64,000 nt of DNA from Hormiphora californensis (taxonomy: Eukaryota; Animalia; Ctenophora), in the NCBI GenBank assembly GCA_020137815.1, contig CM035353.1, forward strand, positions 7,192,001 to 7,256,000, written 5' to 3'. Both the position numbers and the translations under genes were made by a program. This document shows positions 1 to 12,000 of this stretch, one piece after another. Each line of letters starts with the position of its first letter. The first letter of the stretch is position 1. A model generated the notes under the pieces. That model saw nothing but the letters and a program-made list of their open reading frames with translations. It did no database searches and was not told the origin of the DNA.

Positions 1-99
1 CGTAAATTTCATTGATATAAAGAAATTATAAGCCATAAGGGCTTGGTAAGGCAAACACACCATAGTAAACATATTGCACCACTAAGTATACAAACATAC

Positions 100-3000
100 C
101 GTTGTGTCCTAAATACAGCTGTATTATTTCGGTGTGGATTTTAGTTCGATATCAATCAGATGTGGTAATCCAAGTACTGGCTTTGTTATTACCTTGCCGG
201 TGCGTGAAGCACGCCAAACGAAGGCCGGGAAGCGGCCTGAGTGTGAGGTGTCTTTTTTCAGTGCAGTCATCCAGGACAAAAACTGCCTTTTGATCCGGTG
301 CGCTCCTTTTCAGCTTCCAGATATAATAATTACATTAATAATAGTAATAAGATATGGTTTGTTTACTTTCTTAAAGTGGTCTTTCACTTCTTCCTCATTG
401 CTCCAGTGAGTTTTGTTAAATGACAGTGTTTCTCCTTCTCTTTCTGCTATGCCGTACAGATATAGATAGGATTGGTACAATTGGTCATGCTCGTAGCCAT
501 CATCAGTATGTTCCTCCTTAATCTCCTCCTTCATGGGATGCATGTTATATGTTAGAATGTAATGTACACACAACAGAGGGAGAGAGTGAGCTTGCATGCA
601 AAAACTGGGATCCAAATACAATTTATTGTCCCTACAATTTCACAACCGAATTCAAGCACTATTACATGTTGGTGACAAGAATTCCATTGTAACGGGAAGA
701 GTAACGGGAACTGTAACGGGAAGAGTAACGGGAAGAGTAACGGGACTGTAACGGGAACTGTAACGGGAAGAGTAACGGAACTGTAACGGGAACTGTAACG
801 TGAAGAGTAACTGGAGTAACTGATTGATTCTGTGGGGAATTTTTTTATTTTAAGGCTCATATCACGTGACATTCAAGAGACTCTCCAGAGCTTGTCGTCA
901 TGGTGATGTTTGTACACAAACATGTAAAGTATCATTTTCGAAGTCTCACTCTCAAAAGTAAACTTCCGATAAACATCTCACTCGTGCTAAAACAAGAACC
1001 GCTTTCCCCCTCAATTCCATAATCGAAGCAGCAAACTGCCTCTATTTCTGGCACCGGGCCACACTGTCCACATTGGCAGTACTGCAGGGGGTCTATAACA
1101 GTTTGGGGGACTTCAGGAACTGTCTGATCAGTCTGAAGATCATCAACTGAATCGTCGTACTCTGAATCATCGTCCGTTTCTATCCACTTACTAAATTTGG
1201 TGCCAGAATAATTCGTTTCTGTACCGTTGAGGTGTATTATTTTATATTATTTTATTGAAAGGGGGAAGTTATGGTTGGGTATTCGGGGAATGTTTCGAGA
1301 GGGAAGACAGGGTTTCTAATAGATTGAAACTCGTAATATCCGGTCTACATCTAGAGGAGACTGGGGGCGCCCGGTACCGACAGGGGTGTAATATCTCTCG
1401 CTCAGAATTGTTTCCAACTCCAGGTCTATGGGGTAAGCAGTCGCCGGCCATATTTAGTTCCAATCCTGATCCATATCTTCCTATAGTGAGAAGTTGGTTT
1501 ATTTATCACACTAATTTTTGAAGTGAATAATAGGCCATGATCGCTGGTTATCACGCTATAAGGAGAACGCCGCCTACTCTCCTTTGTTTCAAATGTTTGG
1601 TGCCACCTGTTATAGTGGACTTTCTCCATGTTGGTGGAGCCCGGGACGTGTGGTTATATTTATTGATATTATTTATTTATTGTTTATAACGTTCTAATTT
1701 TTCCATGATAAACAATATGCATTGTTCCGTTTTCCACTATTTTCCTGGCCTATCTGCTGTAGGAGGTAAACTTCTGCTGTCGAATGGCAGTCGCTATTTT
1801 CGGTAATCGCAAGCAGCGATCGCTGTTTACGATGGTGAAAGCTAATACCGCTTTCACGCTGTTACGTCTTAAACCATTCACCTCTTTTTGGTCGGCACGT
1901 TGGTTTCGTGATGGACTGATGGGGCGAGATTGCAATTGCCTTTTGGAGAATGTCTGACATTTCAGTAGACCTTCTGTTTCCTATACCATGTACTAGTGTC
2001 CTGGTCCGTGTCATGATCCAATTCCATCGTGGTTTGTTTTACTGGAAGGGCATGGGCCTGGGTTCCGGTTTGGGGGCTGTTGCCGTATTGGCGGTTTCCA
2101 TTTACTTGTCGGTTAGCTCTGGGAGGTGATTGTGGAGGACCTCTTTTTTGATCTTCTGTAGCAATCTTCTTAAAGCTGATTGAGGTTGTTGAGAAATCCG
2201 ACGGTTTCCTGTTGAGTGGGATATACGGAAAAACAAATTTAATCAATTTGTTCTTTAGTTCGTCTCCTTCCTTCACTGGGGGCTGTTGCCGTATTTCCCC
2301 GCCAACATCCTTCTCAGCTGTTACTGAAGAGATTCTGTAGAATGTCTCTGAGAAAGAAGAAGTGGAATCAGGAATGATTAGTGTTCTAGCTGAACACGCC
2401 TACAATATTTGGTAGGAGGGGGGGGGGGGGTGACACGTAACGTTTTGTTACTCTAGTAAATGTAAATGAAAACATCGACTTTTTGCCCCGATTGCTGTCA
2501 TTTTGTGCACAAAAAAGCTCATCAGTCATCACTGCAGCACCCTCTTGAATAAAGATAATTCCACCTGCCTATCGATCTACATATTTTATTAATGACGATG
2601 TACTCCTAATTCCGATGTTCTATATAATGTTAAGGATAAGTAGACGAGGGTTCGTATATAATAACCTTTATATTAACTAAATTAATCAATCATAACATAA
2701 TTGGACCTGAATCTTTTCCTTCTGGGAGGGGTGATCCTGTATGAAAACAGCTCTTCCCACGTAAGATAACTCAAAATTATCACCAAGATCTCTTCAGGCA
2801 AGAGAATTAACATATTGGCTCTAATGCATGACGGAGTTATTTAGATGGTTTCAGCGTTACCCGAGTCGTAAATTGCTAACTATGTAGGGGTTTTGGCTAG
2901 CCTTTCGTCCAGTAATCTTACTATTCATGGACACAACATAATATGAGAAATAAAATATGACAGACTAGATTGTTCAACTTCCTGTCGAACCCCCCCCCCC

Positions 3001-6000
3001 CCCCCAATCGTCCTCTACAATGGCTCGGGTCCTCTCCGGGATTGCTAGCCCCCCTGCCTGAGTTACTTCTATTCTAAATAATAACTAATTTTCAGCACGT
3101 ATAATTTTAGAGACATCAGGGGCCGGTACCACTGCCGATGTACTTGGGGCCAGTATATCTCCATGGCAGATGTAATGGGGGGGGGGGGTATCTCAACTGG
3201 TGTGGCACTCGTGCCAGGTGTAAGTCTAAAATCAGTTATTTCTCTATCCATACCAGTCTCCAGTGGGATGGCTTCGGTCCGGTGATTGGGTTTTTCTGCG
3301 TAGGGGCTTACTATTATATATTTTCTACATTATTATCTACAAGGTATACAAGATTGCATTAGGGTGGAGAGTTACCTGTTGTTGGTTGTTTAGCCCTTTG
3401 AGGGCGATAGGTCATATATGACACGGTCCATTCTAGACCGTCTGGAAGGCGCTACATGATGTCTAGGTGGCTAATTTTTTGTCACAAGCTAGTTTTAGGG
3501 ATTTTGAACCCAAAACCACGTCCAAATCTGCTCGGAAAATCGAAGAAATTTTTTTATGGCCCATCTCGGGAGGCTAATTTAGGCCTTTTTTCAAAAACCC
3601 CTCTCAAATTTTTGTTTTTGAGGGGCACAAATAATCCTTTGAAGGGATAAAACTACTTGACATAACAAATCGAATGCAAAAAACCGCATCAAAAAATATT
3701 GAAAATTGAATGAGTTATTAACGTTTTAGTCGTTGTATCATATATGACTCTATCGTCCGTAAGGGAATTCTAGTAACAAATGTCATTTGTGCAAAAGTAT
3801 GCGTCCAATAGTCAAATTTTATGCTTTGAGGCAGTCTATAGCTATAATTTCTACAATCTTGAACGGTTTTTACTAGAAAAATACCCCAAATTCTACATTT
3901 TGTATCATATATGACTCTATCGTCCCAATTGGTAAATTCTCCAAAAACATCCATAACTCGGGCTAGAAAAGGAGCTAAGAGTCAAATCAGGGCTCTAAAC
4001 TGTGTAGAATCATCGCATTAGTGGGGGTAGAGCACATATTTAGGTCGCTATCTTGCCCCCTAATTGAGATAATTGGATAATTAGCCAATTATCTGTCCCG
4101 CGCATGCTAATAAATGAAACTTTGCTTTGGGAAGGAGTTATGAGGCAAATGGGGGTACTAAAATGTGTAGAATCATCACATTAGTGGGGTTAGAGCACAT
4201 ATTTAGGTCTCTATCTGGACCCCTAATTGAGATAATTGGATAATTAGCTAATTAGTTGCCCTCCAGCGCTAAAAAATTAAACTTGGCGGAGTATACAAGA
4301 CAAATGGGGGCACTAAAATGTGTAAAATCGTCGCCTTAGTGGGGGCAGAGCACATAGCTGAGTTTCTATTCCCGCTCCTAATTGAGATAATATAGCTAAT
4401 TGACGGTTGCATAATGCCCCCTTTTCACCATATACCGTGGTTTCTAATCCTGAGCTCTTTTGTTCAATCTAAGGATCTTTTGGCATCCCTTTACCCCATT
4501 TGTATCACCTTTGACTCGTTTTACACAATAATATAGCACTCTATACAACCCTAGACGCCGACTTCAGCTCTGTACAACCCCCTTGCTTAATCCTATACCT
4601 CTCATAATTTCGAGATCCATACACCTTCCTAACCGATTTTTTTGGGATATCCTATTGCTCCTACAAGACGTTCAACCCCTAATGTACTACAGTTTCCCAT
4701 TTTATTATTGGACACACAGTTTAGATTCCCCCTACATTATTTCTCCTCATCACTCTCACAATCTCATTGCATTTGCCACTAAGGAAACTTCTCATGAACT
4801 CCATCGGAAATAAAGATGATCTGTAGAAGGCGTTTAGTATGGTGTATGAGAGGTCTAGCTAGGAGTAGGATGAAGCAAGGGGGTTGTACAGAGCTGAAGT
4901 CGGCGTCTAGGGTTGTATAGAGTGCTATATTATTGTGTAAAACGAGTCAAAGGTGATACAAATGGGGTAAAGGGATGCCAAAAGATCCTTAGATTGAACA
5001 AAAGAGCTCAGGATTAGAAACCACGGTATATGGTGAAAAGGGGGCATTATGCAACCGTCAATTAGCTAATTATCTCAATTAGGAGCGGGAATAGAAACTC
5101 AGCTATGTGCTCTGCCCCCACTAAGGCGACGATTTTACACATTTTAGTGCCCCCATTTGTCTTGTATACTCCGCCAAGTTTAATTTTTTAGCGCTGGAGG
5201 GCAACTAATTAGCTAATTATCCAATTATCTCAATTAGGGGTCCAGATAGAGACCTAAATATGTGCTCTAACCCCACTAATGTGATGATTCTACACATTTT
5301 AGTACCCCCATTTGCCTCATAACTCCTTCCCAAAGCAAAGTTTCATTTATTAGCATGCGCGGGACAGATAATTGGCTAATTATCCAATTATCTCAATTAG
5401 GGGGCAAGATAGCGACCTAAATATGTGCTCTACCCCCACTAATGCGATGATTCTACACAGTTTAGTGCCCTGATTTGACTCTTAGCTCCTTTTCTAGCCC
5501 GAGTTATGGATGTTTTTGGAGAATTTACCAATTGGGACGATAGAGTCATATATGATACAAAATGTAGAATTTGGGGTATTTTTCTAGTAAAAACCGTTCA
5601 AGATTGTAGAAATTATAGCTATAGACTGCCTCAAAGCATAAAATTTGACTATTGGACGCATACTTTTGCACAAATGACATTTGTTACTAGAATTCCCTTA
5701 CGGACGATAGAGTCATTATATATGACACAGTGGGCCCAGCAAAAACTACATGTCGAAACTTCAAATTTCTTTTTCGAGGTAGTTTGTGGTAATAATATCT
5801 ACTTATAAACGAAAAATTAGAAAAATCTATCGAGCCAATCCTTCTCGCCCTTAAAGGGTTAGGGCTTGCTGTTTCTGATGGTGCTCCATCTGGTGGACCC
5901 TATCAGCTGATTCTTGTTGTTGCCGCGGGCCTAGCAGGAGATTGCATTGATAAACAACTGAGCCGTTGGGGTGACCTTTGATGAAGATTCGTAATCAGCT

Positions 6001-9000
6001 ATATATAATGAAGCTGAAACGGCAGAGAGATTATTCTAAATAATAACTAATTTTCAGTATACAGTACACTTTTAAAGAAATCGGACATTTGTTTAGTAAA
6101 CAAGTGTCCAATGTTTACAGATGAATTGAACAAGTGAACAAATGACGCTGACTTCTAAAGTCCTTCGAAATCTTTAGTTCTTGCATACTTCGAAATCTTG
6201 TTGCTATACATTTCATTGGTGTCATCAGCTGCCATTATGTGTCCATTCTCCTCCCAGTTTGACCACTGATCCGTGATGGTGACTCTCCCCTTCTCCTCTT
6301 TCCCAGTCTGACCACCCCGTGATGGCGACTCTCTCCGGGGAGTCCGGGCTGGTCATGTATATGTCTCTCTCTCTCTCTTCACCAGTCCTCTCCATGAGTT
6401 TGTCAAGGTGTCTCCCATATAGGCCGTCTTCTTCTTCTTAGTCTCCTCCCGCTCGGAAAGACTGTATTATATGATATGGTATAAAACTTACCGTCCATGT
6501 CCGGTGTTAGCATTTTCCCCGTCTGAGTCAAGTATCTCCACTTTGTCTGTTTTCATATATAAACTTATTTAAATTTATATATTTTCCTCTGAGGTGGTCG
6601 GGGTGGGAGCCGGGGGAGTTTCCTCTCCCTGCTCCCGCTCTCCCCACCCATGGCAGTATTGTAGCAGTACCATAGCAAGGAAACAGTTGAAAAATTGAAT
6701 GTATAGAATTACCCCAGTTTTCACCTCATTCATTCTTGCCAGTATGTGCTTCAATCATTTGGTCAACTTCATGAATCTTTGACACTGTCCACACACAGCT
6801 CGAAAATTCTGCAAGCTTCAGATTCTGGACAGCTTTGAAGGTTTTTGATAAATCTCTAGCCTTCATAGAAACTCTATCCCCGACTTTAGGGATGAACGTG
6901 GCGTCGGGGAACACTCTAACACTTTGGGCTTCTTGTTGATTCCCGCCAGTCCACCCTGTTTGTTCTTTGACCTTCTCTCTGTGTAGGTGATCTCTGTTTG
7001 GTTACCGTCCTTGGTGTCACAGATCTTCAGCGAGTGAGGGCCGCCAGTTCTTCTCCTCCCCGCAAACAGAAAATCCGTTTATATTGAAATATTATTGGAA
7101 CATGTGAGTGAATGGATCTGTGTTGTCCTCAATGTGGGTAATCGCCTTGGGCTTTTTATTGATTCCGGACCATCCACCTTGCTTGTTTTTCAATCTCTTA
7201 ATTACTGTGTAGATATTCTCAGTTGTGTCCATTATAGTGTCATAAGAGATCTTTATGGAGTCAATCGTGAGTGCGGCCAGCTCCTCTCCGCCCCTCAGAC
7301 AGAAACGTGTTTCCTGTTGGTGGTTAACTTATATTAAATCTTTCACTTGAAAAAGTACAATTAATTAATGATAGTGTATATTAATTTAAGTATTTAATTA
7401 TTAACTAATGATTCCCTTTCCACGTGGACATCCGACCTGTCGGGCACTTACCCTTATGAAGTTTCTCGACCATGTAAGGCTTTCTAAATAATGCCGACAC
7501 AAAGATGACCTCGTTAAATATCAGATTAACGTGCTTGGCCTGGCTAAATTCTTGTGCCAGGTCCATGACAATACTGTTAGATCTCACAACCTGCCTCATT
7601 GCTTGGTGTGTTTCATTCTCCTCAGCCACCCCCGCTCCATGTCCTTATCAAATGACTGCATGTGCAGCCAGCATGTTTATTTGGGTCTGATACATTTCAG
7701 TACCTAAGGTGGTAATGGTAAATGCTTATTAATTAATGTTAATCATGTTTGGTCTTTCTTGAGTTGGAAAGTGCACATCGATAAAGAAACCACTTCTGGT
7801 AGAAAGGTCTCTTCTATATTGTCATTAATAATTATACTCATTATTTCCTCTCTGACCTTATGATTCGTTAAAAATGGACTGTTTTTAATTTTATCTTTAA
7901 CTAAAATTTGCAATTATTATTATTTATAAACTTTGAACATTATATGGCTATAATATGTAGTGTATTGGCCAACACTAAATAATGTTCATAATTCAAGTTA
8001 AATCCTTTTGTTCCTTTCCGGGCTTCAAATTAGAAGCGTGTCGTCACCAATTGTCAGTAGATCCACTATTCTTGACCTAGTACTGCTGGTGGACACATGA
8101 ATTGCATGAGTCAAGTTCTTTAAATACACTATTTCAACGGGTGACAAGCCCCGGGTTCGCTATAAAACTGTCGTGTATTTTTTAATATTAATATAAACAA
8201 TAATATGTAAAAACCTTAGAGACATTAAAAAATAATAATCTAAAGATGCTAGGACTAGCAGTAAGGTTAAACTTACTGCTAGTCCTAGACCTAGGTGTTG
8301 TAGCATCACTTTGCCTCAGCCGTATATACAAACTGGGGTCCAACATACAATTTATTGTCCCTACAATTTCACAATCGAATTCAAGCAATATTACCTGAAG
8401 GTGTTCCCTGATGAGCTCGTGTTGATATTGTTGACAGTGTTGGCGAGCTCCATTGAAATTCAGGGTATCCTTGATGAGCTGATGAAGTTGACGGCACGGG
8501 CGTGAATTCAGGGTATCCTTGCTGAGCTGATGAAGTTGACGGCACGGGCGTGTTCCATTGTACTGGTGCAACTGGTACGACTGGAATGAACTGATCCTGA
8601 AAATAAAGAATAATATTAATTAGGATCATGGGGGGGGTATAGAATATATGATGAAGCATTGAATGGTGAATTTGGTACAAGAACTTGAATCAAAGTTACT
8701 TACTCCTATTTGTTGCACCGGAGGATGAGGATCCGAATACATCTGCTGTAGATAAGACTGGTATAAATGGTCGTAGTGTAGGTCATCTACATCAGTGGCA
8801 CAGTCCACGTCTGACTGAGATAATCTCACTCAGACATCACAGAATTTCTCCTAAGTGTACAATCTTTTTTACAGAAATAGAGTTGCTACATAAACTAGAG
8901 ATGCTCTAGTTTATGTAGCAACTCTATTTCTGTAAAAAAGATTGTACACTTAGGAGAAATTCTGTGATGTCTGAGTGAGATTATCTCACTCAGACGTGGA

Positions 9001-12000
9001 CTGTGCCCAGTCTGTTCCAACTTAGGAGTACAACCAATCTCCTCCTTAACACCTTAACAAACTCTGCAGAGTCTCACAATTTTATCTCTAACTACAATTT
9101 GAAATTATTATATTATGTATTATGTTTGATCATTTATAAACTTTGAACATTATGATATGGCTATAATATGTAGTGTATTGGCCAATACTTATAATATGTT
9201 CATCATTCAAGTTAAATTCTTTTGTTCCTTTGTGTTTCGGCTTCCGGGCTTCACTAAAGACAAGAGGTTTCGTATTCAGTACAAAGTGGTGTACATGATA
9301 ACGAAAAATCCAAAAACTTAAACAACTGCTCCAATTGCTATAAATTTCACCTAGTTTCTCGGGATGTATGTGTTTATTTCATACTCATCCTCAACTTGTG
9401 GCTTGTGCGATTATAATACGTCTCATGGCCTTCCGGGCTTCAAAGTAGAAGCGTTTCGTCACCAATTGTCAGTAGATCCACTATTCTTGACCTAGTACTG
9501 CTGGTGGACACATGAATTGCATGAGTTTTTTAAATATACTATTTCAACGGGTGACAAGTCCCGGGTTCGCTATAAAACTGTCGTGTATTTTTTAATATTA
9601 ATATAAACAATAATATGTAAAAACCTTAGAGACATTAAAAATAATAATCTAAAGATGCTATAGACTTAGGTGTTGTAGCATCACTTTGCCTCAGCCGCTT
9701 TTCCGTAGTTAATGGCGTGTCAATGGTGTCCTGTACGATTGCAGCCATTCGTTTCTCTGAAGTGAAACAAATAATGGGTTTCCAAGGTTAGTTAGGGTAT
9801 CCAAGGTTAGTTAGGGATATCACGTGGAACCAGGAATCTTGACGAAAATCAAGTCTCTAAGACCGTTTTTAATAACCTTAAAAGAAGCGGCTCTTTTACC
9901 TCTCCTCTTCATTCCCAGATCCAGTGCCGAAACAACTGGATATAATACATCAGCTTTGCAAAGAGATCGCCTAAAATATCAGCTTGAAGCTCCACTCTTT
10001 TCAAAATCGACAATATATCAGTGATGCCACACACTGGAGTGTTTAGCTCAGCTGATAAAATATTCCAGAACTCGCTGGCCCACCTCTGTTCGGTACCACC
10101 AGCCAATAGTTGAAGATCGAAAGGAAGACTCGAGGGAGTTCTTACCATGGGGTAAAAATCGGTCTTCTTCGACTCCGCAATATCGTCCAATACGTCAGCA
10201 AAGTCTTTAACAACATCGCCGACATAAGCATTGGGAGATCTCTCCACTTTAATATTATCTAAATTGGCCTTTGCCTTTTCAAGATCAAAAGCCGGTCTTG
10301 TGACCTCAGTATTCCTATTACCAATACCCGAAGAAGAATGTCCTTCGTCAATAAACAATAAGAGGGTATCTAATTAATAAGACCAAATGATAAATAACCG
10401 TAACTCATGAGACCAATAATTAATAAGACCAAGTAAAATATATATAAGTTAAGATAACAATGGAACATAGGCCGTGGAATATAGGTGGAATACCGAATAC
10501 TGGGACCGATGCTCACTCGATTCCCTCTTGTTCAGGGAATGATACGAGGATTGCAATATGTTAACAGGTACCCTTGGTGTTACGCGCTGGTTTACTCAGG
10601 TAGACAGGCTCACGACAGCGGGAAATAAAAGGGGGTAAAAAGATAGAAAACTATAAATCAATGTCAAGATCCTCTTCGTGAGTGAGAACGGGTCCCGATC
10701 CTTCCTTCTTCCTCTTCTTAAGTACCCCTCGTCTTGCCCGCGTGGCCGTTGTTCTTGTTGTGACTATCTTACTGTTATGTCTATCTTGATCATCCTCACT
10801 GTTGAGTCATCTACGTAATCTGCCGCCACGTCTTCTGCTGGGCAATCATAATAACCAGTCTGGGAAATATAAATGTTAGACATGGGTAGTACTGCAATCT
10901 TGCTGTGGAGAATGCTGTGAGAAGTGCTGCATGCCGATTCACTGTACTAAATGGAAATACTGAGATGTCATTGTACTATGGAAATACTGTGTGAAGAAAC
11001 ACTGTTACAACAAATATTAGGGAAAATAGCGCCGATAGACTGTTTCTTGCTGTCTCCCTTTTGGATTGATGGGGATTCAAAAACTTCTTCCCCTGATATA
11101 CTCGAAGGACGCCATTATGTATCTCCTTAGCTCCATTATTATGGTCTTTGGATGTATCTTGCTTGTGGTTTTTAGCAAAGAGTCCACCATTGGATAAAGA
11201 ATAATCTTTAAATCATCCCATATTTATTATATATGGGATGATTTAAAGATTATTCTTTATCCAATGGTGGACTCTTTGCTAAAAACCACAAGCAAGATAC
11301 ATCCATATATTATATATCCCCTCATACTGACGTGGCATCTAGACGCACGTTAATTATAAACAATTATTATTATAAATAATATATAAACAATAAGTTTACC
11401 GTGCACTATAATTAAAGAAACTAAATATCTATGTTATACAAACAAATGACATTGTTACTGGCTTTCCATTCCTGGAATTCACACAACTATTCTCGCTATA
11501 ACTCCGTGTCCTTGCTGCTCCCTGCTGCTCCCTGGTCATTTATATTGCGTTGTTCGCTTATAATCAGTCTTCAAACCGGGAAGGAAACTGCCAGGGTACT
11601 GGCCCGCTGTATAACTTCCTCAGCTTCATCATTTTACGCGGAAGATGCCATTACGCCAGGGATTGTTTTATAATAAATTACTGTGGGGGTAGCTATGAAC
11701 TTGATCGTTGTTTACCCCCACATAATAAACGCCATTTTATTCCCGGAATACTCGAAGAATTGCCTCTGAATGTCCACCACTGTGCTCTGTTTAGGGGGCT
11801 TAGAGTTAGAGTGGATTGCAGGGTGATGATATTTTTGTTATTCCCGTAATCGACTGGTGGTTTTTATTATTTTGACCGCCGTATTGAAATACATGCAGAT
11901 GGGACATAACGTGTTGGGCATAAAAAATGTCCCCCCTAGACTAGCATAGTTCCAGATATCGTAGAGCTCTAAAATTTCACACAGCTGTTCTATGGGACAA

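Noticed and set aside
5726-5748. CACAGTG..CAAAAACT resembling a RAG/Transib recombination signal
   Set aside because: The spacer is too short, no partner terminus was found, and it overlaps the element's own ATATATGACAC motif.
3718-5808. Repeated ORF MDVFGEFTNWDDRV.. (3718-3954, 5506-5808, 30428-30802)
   Set aside because: It arises from the inverted arms of the non-autonomous element and has no transposase or other protein motif.
9909-10358. 149-aa minus-strand ORF as a functional gene
   Set aside because: No recognisable domain, and it is surrounded by stop-riddled exon remnants; treated as part of the decayed block.
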